In this document: in pieces, positions 48,018-57,731 of the stretch
How the letters are laid out: each line of letters starts with the position of its first letter
Position numbering within the stretch: position 1 is the first letter of the stretch
NCBI GenBank assembly: GCA_965231765.1
Contig: OZ246887.1
Location: 2,444,538-2,508,537 of the forward strand
Source: Candidatus Binatia bacterium
GTDB lineage: Bacteria > Desulfobacterota > Binatia > Bin18
Length of the DNA stretch: 64,000 bases
Direction of reading: 5' to 3'
The notes under the pieces: model-generated
What the model saw: only the letters and a program-made list of their open reading frames with translations
What the model was told of the DNA's origin: nothing
Database searches by the model: none
Made by a program: the position numbers and the translations under genes

Positions 48018-48866
48018 CTACCTGAAATGTTGCCTGATAATCCGTGCGATCTCGTCTGGTTTTTCCATCGGAAGGAAATGACTGGTGTCTGGAACGGTGA
48101 CAAGTATTCCTTGGGGAATCTTTTGAGCGACTTTTTCGGCAACGAGAGAGAGGGGCGGATCGGTATTTTCTCCACGCAGAACGATTGCTGGACAGTCCAC
48201 CAGACCAAGCTGTGAGTAGATGTCTATGAGGGGAGCTTGAGCAAAGACGTGGGCTTCAACGGTAACTGGGCATTTCAGTTGAATCTGCCCGTTTGGCAAA
48301 TTGGCGGTGCCGTGGTTGATATAATCCCACAAGACCTCTTTCTGCCAGCCAGAAAAGGCAGCCTTCGTCTGATAGGCCTCATATAACTGCTGGCGAGAAT
48401 CCCACACTGCGCGTCGGCGCAGCGTCATTTCGACAAGGGGATGGTCGGTCGTAGAGAGCCGCTCTAAAAATGGCGGTTCGCGCGGAAAGGTGACGGGTTC
48501 GAGCAAGGCTAAGCTTTTGACTCGGCCAGTATGTGCGGCCGTGTAGCCTGCCAGCAAAGCTGCTCCACCGGAATGGCCGAGTCCGTAAAAATCTTGCAGA
48601 TGCAGCGCGTCGATAACCGCCTCCACATCGTTGGCCATATCTTGCCAGTGCCCCTCTCGGAGCGCCGGCTTGTCGCTATCACCTTGGCCACGTAGATCCA
48701 GGGTATACACATGATAGCCACCGCCGAGATGCCGAATCAGCTCGCGGTAGACCAGGCCGAGAAAACCGTTGGCATGCACGAGCAAGATATCCGCTCCACT
48801 CCCGCCCCAGTCGGCAACGTGGAGTTTGACTCCATCAACCTCAATAAATTGGCTACGTGGCTCCAT
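48018..48866 (-). CDS. alpha/beta hydrolase
   Basis: GHSGG nucleophile elbow. Confidence 0.7.
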   Translation of the reverse strand: MEPRSQFIEVDGVKLHVADWGGSGADILLVHANGFLGLVYRELIRHLGGGYHVYTLDLRGQGDSDKPALREGHWQDMANDVEAVIDALHLQDFYGLGHSGGAALLAGYTAAHTGRVKSLALLEPVTFPREPPFLERLSTTDHPLVEMTLRRRAVWDSRQQLYEAYQTKAAFSGWQKEVLWDYINHGTANLPNGQIQLKCPVTVEAHVFAQAPLIDIYSQLGLVDCPAIVLRGENTDPPLSLVAEKVAQKIPQGILVTVPDTSHFLPMEKPDEIARIIRQHFR

Positions 48867-48923
48867 GGCGTTCTGATGTAAACCACACACGGGCGTTTGT
48901 CTAGGCAGGATTTGATTGGGCGA

Positions 48924-49571
48924 TTACTCCTGAGCCATGAGCTCTCCCACTCCATCCCAGAAGAGCATCCCCCCAAAGAGAAGGAGTAAAACTCCACTCA
49001 CCTGCAAGGCAAACCGATATCCCCGCCCCTGCAGTCGTGCCCGCCCCGTGTGGATAAAGACGGCCAGCAAAATCTTTGATCCAATCAGACAGCTATAAAA
49101 TCCGGCCAAAAAGGCAAAAATCGCACTCCAAGCCGATTGCTGAGACAGGCGTGAAATCAGTGGCCCACCAACTGTCAACCAGAATAGATAAGGGTGAGGA
49201 TTCAACATATTGACTATCAGACCCTTGCGCAGACTAGACCAGGCGTTTCCTGCATTTTCCGCTTGTTCGGATGCCGCTACACTGACCTCTCTCGGAGTCT
49301 GCAACATCTCCCAGCCCAGAAAAAGGACGTAGCAACCGCCAACAATACCCAGCACAGGAAAAATGAAAGTCGGGAGTTGCAGGAACAAGGTAAACGTCAG
49401 CCCAATGATTGCGGCATCGGCAATGAGCGGCGCAATGGCAACCAATACCCCGGCTCGCCACCCGCCACGCAGAGTCTCACTGATAATCAAACCAAGCAAC
49501 GGTCCCGGCGTGATCCCCGCCCCGAGTCCAAGAACGATTGCTTGCAATAAAATGGACCAAATCGTGACCAC
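48924..49571 (-). CDS. LysE/RhtB family amino-acid exporter
   Basis: N-terminal GAGITPGP... typical of LysE. 6 TM segments. Confidence 0.8.
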   Translation of the reverse strand: MVTIWSILLQAIVLGLGAGITPGPLLGLIISETLRGGWRAGVLVAIAPLIADAAIIGLTFTLFLQLPTFIFPVLGIVGGCYVLFLGWEMLQTPREVSVAASEQAENAGNAWSSLRKGLIVNMLNPHPYLFWLTVGGPLISRLSQQSAWSAIFAFLAGFYSCLIGSKILLAVFIHTGRARLQGRGYRFALQVSGVLLLLFGGMLFWDGVGELMAQE

Positions 49572-49645
49572 TCCCGTTCCTCCCTATGCGCGCTCTGCCC
49601 GTCGTGTTAGGAAAACCCAAGGATTACAGATGAGGAGGACATGGC

Positions 49646-50194
49646 GTGGCAAACGACCATCATCACGGTCACCAGCATGGTCCAGGGTTTCGTTTCTGTC
49701 CGAAATGTGGCGGGCAGTTAGAACGGAAGCAGATCAAGGCCAATGAGCCGGAGCGGCGGGTGTGCAGCGCCTGCGCGTTTATCCTTTACGAAGATCCCAA
49801 AATCGCCGCATGCACCATCCCTATCATCGATAATAAAATCGTTCTCCTCAAACGCGGCATCGAACCGAATTATGGGCAATGGGTGTTTCCAGGCGGATTC
49901 ATGGATCGTGGCGAGCGTGTTGAGGACGCCGCGATTCGAGAAACGTGGGAAGAGGCCAATCTCGCAGTTGAAATCGACCACCTGCTGAATATCTACTCGT
50001 ATACAGGCCAGCCCGTCGTGATTGTTGTCTATCTTGTCAATGTCGTAGGGGGCGAGCTCAAAGCCATGGACGAAACGCTTGAGGCCGCGACTTTTGCCCC
50101 AGAGGAAATTCCCTGGGATGAGTTGGCGTTTGAAAGTACGAAAGAAGCGTTACGGGAGTATGTAGCATTGCAGGAGCCGGTTGCTAAAGGGTAG
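49646..50194 (+). CDS. NUDIX hydrolase with an N-terminal zinc ribbon
   Basis: Motifs CPKCGG...CSAC and NUDIX box GGFMDRGERVEDAAIRETWEEANL. The GTG start follows a GAGGAGGA Shine-Dalgarno. Confidence 0.8.
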   Translation: MANDHHHGHQHGPGFRFCPKCGGQLERKQIKANEPERRVCSACAFILYEDPKIAACTIPIIDNKIVLLKRGIEPNYGQWVFPGGFMDRGERVEDAAIRETWEEANLAVEIDHLLNIYSYTGQPVVIVVYLVNVVGGELKAMDETLEAATFAPEEIPWDELAFESTKEALREYVALQEPVAKG

Positions 50195-50246
50195 CGTGGG
50201 CGTCCCTGTCCGCTCCGAGCCAGGCACGGAGGCCTGACCTACCAAT

Positions 50247-51074
50247 TCATACCAGCCACTCCTGCTGGCCATTGATAAACCCACTCACCACATCCACCGT
50301 TGTCTCTGGCCGTTCCATATGGAACATATGGCTGGCGTTGGACAGAATGGCAAGCTCAGCATTTGGAATCTGCTGCGATAAAATCAGCGAGTTTTCCGGT
50401 GGTACCAAGCCGTCTTCTTTGCCGGTAATCACCAAGGTTGGCACGCTGATCTGCGGCAAACGCGCGTAGGTATCGTGCCCTTGCAAAGCGGCCATTTGGC
50501 TCACCATGCCATGTTTCGGCGTGGGATGAGCGGCCGACATTTGGTTCATCTCGATGAGCGTGGCCATATGCTTTTGTATAAACCAGGGAGTTACTGCCAC
50601 CTTCGTCATTGCTAATGCGGCTTCCTCGACACTCACCGATTCAATGTTGCCCAGCATATTGAGCACCTCGGGATCGCTCGACAGCGTCGTCTTTTCCCCG
50701 CCACAGTTTGTACAGCCGAGGATCAACGTTTTGACTCGCTGGGAATGACGCAGGGCAAACTCCTGGGCGATCATTCCGCCCATAGAAATCCCAAATATAT
50801 GAGCTTTATCGATGCCTAAGCCATCCAGCAGACCAGCAGTGTCGTCGGCAAACATCTGCATCGTATACGGCTCATCTGGCTTATCACTCTGGCCCACACC
50901 CCGATTATCAAAAGCAATGGTTCGGAAGGATTTGGCAAAGGATGGAATATTCCAATGCCAGCCGATCGAACTCACGGTAAAGCCCATAATCAAAATCAGC
51001 GGCTCAGCGTTGCTGTTTTCTTGACCGTGTTCTTCGTAGTACAGCGATATTCCGTTGGATTGGAGGTGTGGCAT
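50247..51074 (-). CDS. alpha/beta hydrolase
   Basis: GISMGG nucleophile elbow. Confidence 0.8.
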   Translation of the reverse strand: MPHLQSNGISLYYEEHGQENSNAEPLILIMGFTVSSIGWHWNIPSFAKSFRTIAFDNRGVGQSDKPDEPYTMQMFADDTAGLLDGLGIDKAHIFGISMGGMIAQEFALRHSQRVKTLILGCTNCGGEKTTLSSDPEVLNMLGNIESVSVEEAALAMTKVAVTPWFIQKHMATLIEMNQMSAAHPTPKHGMVSQMAALQGHDTYARLPQISVPTLVITGKEDGLVPPENSLILSQQIPNAELAILSNASHMFHMERPETTVDVVSGFINGQQEWLV

Positions 51075-51088
51075 AGGCAGCGTGCTCC

Positions 51089-51358
51089 TTACAAATAGTG
51101 AATAAAATTCTTCATCGCGGACAGCAAGGCTTCCAGATCCGCGTACCCTTGCAACTCGTCATACAGGAAATAATACTGGCTGCGGACTTCGGCTTCATCC
51201 TGTTCATCTTCGTCCACAGAGACGGCGGCGTCAAACTCCTTGAGCATCGCCTGGGTCTGCAGCTTGGTCTCCATCGGAATGGTATCGTCGGTGGCAATCA
51301 ATAGACGCGTCTGATGGATCAGCCGGCCAACGATGTATGCATCACTATGTTCGGCCAT
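51089..51358 (-). CDS. small acidic hypothetical protein
   Basis: 89-aa ORF between a hydrolase and a TPR gene. Confidence 0.3.
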   Translation of the reverse strand: MAEHSDAYIVGRLIHQTRLLIATDDTIPMETKLQTQAMLKEFDAAVSVDEDEQDEAEVRSQYYFLYDELQGYADLEALLSAMKNFIHYL

Positions 51359-51407
51359 ACGCGCCTCCCTGTTTTATTGGGCAGTGACAGTTGTATGGAC
51401 ACGCTGA

Positions 51408-51767
51408 TTACGAGCCCCCGCCGAGCTTCTTTTCTTTCAACTCCCGTTTCCAGTCCAGCACTCGGGCTTTGGCCGCTTCGGCCTCAGCCTCAGGAATCAT
51501 ATCCTTCTGCTGGTAGAAGCGAGATAAGATGGTAAAACCCATCGTATCATCCGGGGTCAATACAGTCAGCTGCTTCGCCGCCTCGATCGCCTCGTCGAGC
51601 ATATCCTTATCGGCATACGCATGGGCCAGATCGTGGACTGCATCAACGTATTTGGGATCAATGTCCAGAATCGCTTTATACGCTTCAATCGCCTGATCCG
51701 CTTCGCCGTCACATAACAGGTCGTACGCCTGATCGTAAAGGTCTCGGAGTTCTTCGCTAGATGCCAT
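51408..51767 (-). CDS. small TPR-repeat protein
   Basis: TPR-like motifs AIEAYKAILDIDPKY and HDLAHAY. Confidence 0.5.
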   Translation of the reverse strand: MASSEELRDLYDQAYDLLCDGEADQAIEAYKAILDIDPKYVDAVHDLAHAYADKDMLDEAIEAAKQLTVLTPDDTMGFTILSRFYQQKDMIPEAEAEAAKARVLDWKRELKEKKLGGGS

Positions 51768-51862
51768 GATTGGATCTCCTCTAAAAATAGCTTTTCAGAG
51801 CGAGGTGTAATGTGTGTATCCTCGTCTCACACAGCGTTTGCAACCTAGCCTATTTGCGCCTC

Positions 51863-52996
51863 ATGGCCAAGCCCGGTACAGTCTGGGCTATGGTGGAACC
51901 GGCACAATTGCCTCAGACGAGTGTTGAGGCCCAAGTCCAAGACTTCATCTCTGCTCCGGAAGGCAAAGATTTTCATACTATGGCGCTGGCTGTCTTTGCG
52001 CACCAGTTTCGTCTGAATGAGCCCTACCAGCGATTCTGTTTGGCGCGGGACTGTAGCCCCGAAACTGTGGCGCGCTGGCAGGACATTCCAGCCGTGCCAA
52101 CCGTCGCCTTTAAAGAGTTAGATCTCAGCTGTGGTCCACCCCAAAAGATCTTTCGGACCAGTGGCACTACCCGTGGCCAAGAAAAACGCGGCCGCCATCT
52201 TGTGCCTGACCTGAGTCTGTACCACGCTTCAGCTTTATCACACTTTGATCGCTGCGTACTGCCAGACAGCAGACGGTTGCGAGTCTTAGCACTGATCCCT
52301 TCACCGAGCGCCCGACCGGATTCCTCTTTGACCCAAATGGCTGAATGGATTATCGCTGAGCGGGGTGAACAGGGCAGTCAATTTTTCATTGACGAAACAG
52401 GCATTCACCTGGACGCGTTTGTTGCTGCAATCAGCCAAGCCCAGGACGAGGGAATACCGGTATGCATCCTGTCCATCACCGCAGCTCTGGTTGCCTTCTT
52501 CGACTGGTGTGCAGCCAATGCGACCCACTTTGCTTTGCCGGGCAGCAGCCGCATCATGGACACTGGCGGTAATAAGGGCCAAGGGCGGCCGATCTCTCGG
52601 AATGGCTTTTTTCAATCGTGCTGGAAATATTTAAAAGTCGCGGGTTATTATTGTGTCAACGAATACGGCATGACCGAAATGGCATCACAGTTTTATGACA
52701 ATGTGTTATGCAACCGGTTTTGCCGGAGTAACGAGCCACGCTACAAAATGGGACCGGCATGGACACGTACGTTGGTGGTAGATCCTGAGACATTAGCCGA
52801 AGTCCCAGCAGGACAGCCAGGCATACTGCGACACTTTGACTTGGCAAACTGTGGTTCTGTCATGGCGATTCAAACTGATGATATGGGGTATTTGACGCGG
52901 GCTGGGTTTGAGATTACCGGGCGCGTGCCAGGAGCAGAAGCACGCGGGTGTGCGCTGGCGCTGGATGAGTTTTTGGGAGCGATGAATAAGACCTAA
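51863..52996 (+). CDS. LuxE-family acyl-protein synthetase (fatty acid activating, acyl-AMP forming)
   Basis: Aligns by eye with Vibrio LuxE: FRTSGTTRG vs FTSSGTNG, MDTGGNKG vs ITGGGWKS, C-terminal GCALALDEF vs GCALSLTEAF. The start is uncertain (ATG 51863 or 51890). Confidence 0.8.
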   Translation: MAKPGTVWAMVEPAQLPQTSVEAQVQDFISAPEGKDFHTMALAVFAHQFRLNEPYQRFCLARDCSPETVARWQDIPAVPTVAFKELDLSCGPPQKIFRTSGTTRGQEKRGRHLVPDLSLYHASALSHFDRCVLPDSRRLRVLALIPSPSARPDSSLTQMAEWIIAERGEQGSQFFIDETGIHLDAFVAAISQAQDEGIPVCILSITAALVAFFDWCAANATHFALPGSSRIMDTGGNKGQGRPISRNGFFQSCWKYLKVAGYYCVNEYGMTEMASQFYDNVLCNRFCRSNEPRYKMGPAWTRTLVVDPETLAEVPAGQPGILRHFDLANCGSVMAIQTDDMGYLTRAGFEITGRVPGAEARGCALALDEFLGAMNKT

Positions 52997-53066
52997 AACG
53001 TGAAGCGTGGTGAAAAAATAAGAGGGCCTTTGTCTTTTTACGCTTCCCGTTTTACACTTTATCTGC

Positions 53067-54401
53067 ATGTCCTCCTTGACCCCCACCCAACTCCACACCA
53101 TCATCAACGACTTACTTGCCGCCCGCGAACGTCACCTTATCCATCGCCCAGTCCAAGACATTCTGACAAGTATTGACGCTGTTATCGCCCGGTTTCTTGA
53201 TCCCGCGTCGAGCGAACGCCAAGAAGCTGAGACGCTCCTGCCTGGAAAAACCGGCCTCTCATCGGAAATGATCCGGCATGCTCTGCCGCTTATTTTTCAG
53301 GAGTATCAACCTGAACGATTACAGAGTCTTTTCGCGACTGAACTCGGGACTTCCACTGTCCTTGATCAGTTTCAAGATGTCCAAAATACCCAAGACAGCG
53401 TGGATGGTTCTCTGAAAGCATACGGTCCACGTTTGATCACCCATGTCCTGGCTGGTAATCTACCTGGTGCCGGTATTGACGAAATAATCTTCTCACTCTT
53501 GGTCAAATCGGCCACACTCGTCAAAACCGCTTCTGCGGGTGCTTCTCTCCAGACCTTATTCACCAGCAGTCTGACTCAATGTGACTCTGAGCTGGGCTCT
53601 TGTCTCGCGCTTGTCAGCTGGCCGGGGGGCGAGACTGAGCTAGAGGACATTGCATTTTCCGAAGCCGAGATTGTCATGGCTGCGGGTTCAGATGAAAGCG
53701 TGGCTGCGATTCGCCAGCGCGTTCGCGGCAGATTCATCGGTTATGGTCATAAGATCAGCTTTAGCCTGATCACACATGAAGCACTGAGGGAAGCAGAGGC
53801 ATCAGCCAAACAAGCAGCCTACGATATTGCCCTATTTGACCAGCAAGGCTGCCTCTCCCCACAGCTCGTCTATGTCGAAGACAACGGACACGTGAGTCCC
53901 CAAGAGTTTGCCGCCCTCTTGGCCACGGCACTCGCATATTGGCAAACAACCCTACCACGGGGGCAGGTCAGCCCAGCAGTCAGCACCGAGATACGACGCG
54001 TCCGGGACGAAGCAGAATGGCGAGCCCTAGCCGGAAAAGAGACCGTCGTGCACGCAAGCTCGCAGGGAACGGAGTGGACGGTCATATATGAGGCCGATCC
54101 GACGTTTATTCCTTCACCTGTGTATCGCACGGTCCGAGTAAAACCGCTCGCATCCTTCGATCAAATCGATTCCCTCCTCATCGCTTGGCGTCCTTATCTC
54201 GAAGCCGTCGGGACTGTTGTTCCGACCGAGCAACATCGACGCCGGACGCTGCTTGATGTCCTCGGAGGCAGCGGCGTGAATCGCATATGTCCTATTGGCA
54301 TGATGCAAACTCCGCCTCTTAGCTGGCGCCACGGCGGGAGACCACGTATTGCTGATCTTGTTCACTGGGCTGGGGTTGAGAGATCAAGCAACGAGGACTG
54401 A
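53067..54401 (+). CDS. LuxC-family acyl-CoA/acyl-protein reductase (aldehyde-forming)
   Basis: Aldehyde-dehydrogenase-like fold with the QQGCLSPQ catalytic Cys region and LuxC-like VLAGNLPGAGIDEI. It starts 70 nt after luxE. Confidence 0.75.
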   Translation: MSSLTPTQLHTIINDLLAARERHLIHRPVQDILTSIDAVIARFLDPASSERQEAETLLPGKTGLSSEMIRHALPLIFQEYQPERLQSLFATELGTSTVLDQFQDVQNTQDSVDGSLKAYGPRLITHVLAGNLPGAGIDEIIFSLLVKSATLVKTASAGASLQTLFTSSLTQCDSELGSCLALVSWPGGETELEDIAFSEAEIVMAAGSDESVAAIRQRVRGRFIGYGHKISFSLITHEALREAEASAKQAAYDIALFDQQGCLSPQLVYVEDNGHVSPQEFAALLATALAYWQTTLPRGQVSPAVSTEIRRVRDEAEWRALAGKETVVHASSQGTEWTVIYEADPTFIPSPVYRTVRVKPLASFDQIDSLLIAWRPYLEAVGTVVPTEQHRRRTLLDVLGGSGVNRICPIGMMQTPPLSWRHGGRPRIADLVHWAGVERSSNED

Positions 54402-54465
54402 GTCCTCGTTGCTCAGTCCTTGTCCGAGTTGCCGAGGGAGAATCCCTCGCGTATGCTTTCCCCGT

Positions 54466-55677
54466 ATGAGCACCCTACGTGATGATTTTCTTCGCTTTGT
54501 GTGTCAAACCTCGCCTGAACCAATGGGTGTTGAAGTCGCCCATGCTCATGGCTGTGTTGTCGTGGACGAAAATGGCCGCGAATATCTGGATCTCTTATCG
54601 GGAATTGGCGTAGCGGGTATCGGTCATGCTCATCCGGCAGTTATCCAAGCCGTCCAAGACCAAGCCACTCGGTATCTCCATACGATGGTGTATGGGGAGT
54701 ATATCCAAGCGCCTCAAGTCCGACTGGCACGCCGCTTGGCGGAAATAACTCCCGACCCCTTATCGGTTACATATTTTACGAATAGCGGCACCGAAGCGGT
54801 CGAAGGGGCGCTCAAAACGGCACGTAAGTATACTGGCCGTTCGCATCTGGTCAGCTTTATTGGCAGCTTCCATGGCGATACCTTGGGATCTGTCTCAGTT
54901 GGTGGCAATCCTGTCTACCGCACGCCATTTGAGCCGCTGCTGCCAACGGTCACGTTTTTGCCGTTTAACGATACACAGGCGCTCAGCGCGATCGACGAAA
55001 CTGTAGCCGCCGTCATTATTGAGCCTATTCAAGGTGAGGGGGGAGTCCGGATTCCTGATACTGCCTTTCTGCCAGCCCTACGCCAGCGTTGCTCTGAGGT
55101 TGGGGCGCTACTGATTTTTGATGAAGTCATCACCGGGTTTGGCCGCACGGGGACAGTCTTTGCGTGTGAACACTGGCAGGTTGGGCCTGATATTCTGCTC
55201 CTGGCTAAGGCACTGGGCGGCGGCATGCCACTCGGGGCGTTTGTCAGTACTCCAGAGATCCTCGCAACCCTCTCAGTCGATCCGCCGCTTGCCCATGTGA
55301 CCACGTTTGGTGGACACCCCGTGTGCTGTGCGGCAGGGCTGGCTGCTCTGGATGTGATGTTTCAAGAGCAACTGCCACAGCGGGCGCAGAAAAAAGGCCA
55401 GGAATTTGTGACAAAGTTAGAGGCGCTGATCGGCCAAGGCGGAATGACGCAGGTACGCGGGCGCGGGTTATTAATCGGCCTCGACTTTGCTACTCCTGAA
55501 GCTACTCAGGGCTTTGTACAGCGCTGCTTTGCCGGAGGCGTAGTCCTGGGTTGGACGCTGCATGAAGATACCGTTGTGCGTTTGGCTCCGCCGTTGATCA
55601 TCTCATCTGCTGAGATTGACCAGGCTATTGATGTCATACGGAAAGCGCTTGCTACCGATTCGGCACAGAGCGGATAA
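54466..55677 (+). CDS. class III PLP-dependent aminotransferase
   Basis: 404 aa from ATG 54466 with the class III aminotransferase-fold N-terminus. It starts 64 nt after the luxC-like stop. Confidence 0.8.
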   Translation: MSTLRDDFLRFVCQTSPEPMGVEVAHAHGCVVVDENGREYLDLLSGIGVAGIGHAHPAVIQAVQDQATRYLHTMVYGEYIQAPQVRLARRLAEITPDPLSVTYFTNSGTEAVEGALKTARKYTGRSHLVSFIGSFHGDTLGSVSVGGNPVYRTPFEPLLPTVTFLPFNDTQALSAIDETVAAVIIEPIQGEGGVRIPDTAFLPALRQRCSEVGALLIFDEVITGFGRTGTVFACEHWQVGPDILLLAKALGGGMPLGAFVSTPEILATLSVDPPLAHVTTFGGHPVCCAAGLAALDVMFQEQLPQRAQKKGQEFVTKLEALIGQGGMTQVRGRGLLIGLDFATPEATQGFVQRCFAGGVVLGWTLHEDTVVRLAPPLIISSAEIDQAIDVIRKALATDSAQSG

Positions 55678-55698
55678 GACCTATACGGAGAGACCATC

Positions 55699-55954
55699 AT
55701 GGCAGAAGACAACACCGCCCCCACTGCTGATTCCCAACCTCTTACCCCAGAAGTCTTTTGTACCGAAAAGATTGCTCCACATCGGTGCCGGAGAACGGCC
55801 AGAGACGCCACAGACAGTATTGCCGGTGGAAGCTGAAGACGCGCCAAAGATGGCTCGCGGAGAAATGAACGCCCAGCAGGCGTTCATGGGCGGAGTTATG
55901 CAAGTGACGGGCGCTATGGCGCTGGCAATGCAGTTTGGGACGGCCATGATGTGA
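55699..55954 (+). other. SCP2 (sterol-carrier-protein-2)-like domain, apparently frameshifted/degenerate
   Basis: Frame 1 has ATG 55699 plus 45 codons. Frame 2 ends ...MARGEMNAQQAFMGGVMQVTGAMALAMQFG, matching the SCP2 C-terminal motif NPQ.AFM.GKLKI.G.M..AMKL. Confidence 0.25.
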
Positions 55955-55999
55955 GGATGGTTTCCAATGAGAGTACTGATTTCGACATCCTCACCCTAG

Positions 56000-56020
56000 C
56001 CCTCTCCCTGAGGGAGAGGG
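56000..56020. terminator. perfect 9-bp hairpin (CCCTCTCCC tga GGGAGAGGG) between convergent genes
   Basis: Seen in the sequence. Confidence 0.45.
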
Positions 56021-56037
56021 AACTGGCATCTCCCTTT

Positions 56038-56478
56038 TCACTCTCCGATTTTCCCCCATGCATTCACCTTCTTCGGTGTAATCCGCACCATACTATTGTG
56101 TCCAAAGATCAGTTCCATTTCCCGATACTGCGGATATCGCTCTCGGAGTAAGGCAAGCGAGCGATCATATTCGGCTTCGTCTTCAACCAGCGCCGATGTG
56201 CCCCGGACCATCACGTACGCCAGCTGGCTCCAATCATCAGAATAGTCATCAATGACCAGCGCGACTTGCGGATTCTCTAACATATTCTGAATCCGTTTGA
56301 GTGGTTTGCCAGTCTGTCGCTTGGGCTTTTGATCCACCACAAAATAGAAGTGTCGGCCGTCATAGGCGTAACAAAAGGGGATGAGATGGGGCTGCTTATC
56401 ATTCCCCGCCGTGGCCAAGCGAGCGACAAGATGGGCGTTAATAAACTGTTCGACAGAATCTGAAATCAGGTTGCTCAT
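56038..56478 (-). CDS. pyridoxamine 5'-phosphate oxidase-family (PPOX class, likely F420/FMN-binding) protein
   Basis: Split-barrel PPOX N-terminus (VARLATAGNDKQPHLIPFCYAYDG). Confidence 0.7.
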   Translation of the reverse strand: MSNLISDSVEQFINAHLVARLATAGNDKQPHLIPFCYAYDGRHFYFVVDQKPKRQTGKPLKRIQNMLENPQVALVIDDYSDDWSQLAYVMVRGTSALVEDEAEYDRSLALLRERYPQYREMELIFGHNSMVRITPKKVNAWGKIGE

Positions 56479-57533
56479 ACTGCTTCTTCCCTACTCGCCT
56501 GAAACGTTTCCTGCGCCTCTTGATACAAATCCTCGGCCTGGCCCGAGTAGCGTGGAGAAAAGTGAAACACAACCAGCTTTTGCACCTGGGCTGCGCGCCC
56601 CAGCAGCCCGGCCTGGCGGGCGGTCAAATGGTAGCGCTTGGTGGCCTGATCTTCGTCGCTATTCAGAAAAGGCGACTCACAAAAGAAAACATCTGACCCG
56701 TGCGCTAAGTCGGCAATACGCGCTGCATTATCCGGGCTATACAGTGTATCAACGACATAGGCCAACTTCTGCCCTCGGGTCTGTTTGACCAAGCAATTCC
56801 GGAGTTCGCCCAGGACAAAGGTTCGGGAATAGTGCTGCCCAGCGTGGCGCCATTCGGCACGAATGCCAAAATCATCCGGCTCCCCAGCCCGCAAGGCCCG
56901 CTTCACCTCCGCCAGCCAGGGTCCGGGACCGACCGCCAACTCTGATAACGCATCCGTATCCACATTCAGGTGAGTCTTTTCCGCTATGGCAAAGGCTAAT
57001 GAGTCAATCCGATGATCAAGATGAGTGGTTTGCACCAAAAAATTGGGCTCTTCGAGCAGTGTCCCAGTAAATGGCAGCGGTGACAGGACTTCAGGCAAAA
57101 AACCCGCCCCTGCCTGAAAGCGCGTGCGTTGCATGGTTTCACGACCAACTTGTGTGACCTCAATGGCAAAACTATAACCATCAACCAAATTCCAGGTATA
57201 GCCACGCAATTTTCCGGCAACACACTCAATAATCCCTGGCGGTCCGAACAAATGCAGGGTTTTGTCGCGAGCTAAGAACATTCGCAGCAACCGATCAAAG
57301 CCAAAAAAGTGATCCATATGGCAATGCGAGACAAACACATGGCTCACCCGCAGCATCTCCGTGGCTGACAGCGCCTCATTCTGGCCAAGATCAAAAACGA
57401 TAGCTCGCCCTTCTAAGCGGAGATGAATATACAGGCCAGGGTCCCCAAAAGGGCCATTGACCAGACGAGGAGCAAAGGCAGAAGTTGGCGGACTCGACAC
57501 GGGATTCGGTGTAGAATTTGCGGCAGGATTCAT
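56475..57533 (-). CDS. MBL-fold metallo-hydrolase, RNase Z/ElaC-like
   Basis: HCHMDH motif. Overlaps the PPOX gene start by 4 nt. Confidence 0.7.
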   Translation of the reverse strand: MNPAANSTPNPVSSPPTSAFAPRLVNGPFGDPGLYIHLRLEGRAIVFDLGQNEALSATEMLRVSHVFVSHCHMDHFFGFDRLLRMFLARDKTLHLFGPPGIIECVAGKLRGYTWNLVDGYSFAIEVTQVGRETMQRTRFQAGAGFLPEVLSPLPFTGTLLEEPNFLVQTTHLDHRIDSLAFAIAEKTHLNVDTDALSELAVGPGPWLAEVKRALRAGEPDDFGIRAEWRHAGQHYSRTFVLGELRNCLVKQTRGQKLAYVVDTLYSPDNAARIADLAHGSDVFFCESPFLNSDEDQATKRYHLTARQAGLLGRAAQVQKLVVFHFSPRYSGQAEDLYQEAQETFQASREEAV

Positions 57534-57731
57534 AACTGAGCAATATTATCTCGACTGCTCCGGCCCTTTGCAAGCCGGCCTATCCTCACCCACACTAGGA
57601 CGAGGGACATTGACAGCGTAGAATGGGAACGGTACCCAAGGACAGTCTAGCCAAAAAACTGCGGAAAAAGCTGTCAAAGAAGCGGTGAGAAAAGACTGCA
57701 TTGGAAGAGCCTGAATAGGGAGAAATGGCCT

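Noticed and set aside
49641-49721. 26-codon ORF from ATG 49641 overlapping the NUDIX gene start
   Set aside because: The same GAGGAGGA Shine-Dalgarno serves the in-frame GTG at 49646, which opens the long NUDIX/Zn-ribbon ORF. The short ATG ORF is most likely spurious.
54349-54465. Upstream extension of the aminotransferase ORF (MLILFTGLG...) overlapping the luxC-like 3' end
   Set aside because: The extension has no Shine-Dalgarno and no similarity to aminotransferase N-termini. The ATG at 54466 gives a canonical class-III N-terminus.
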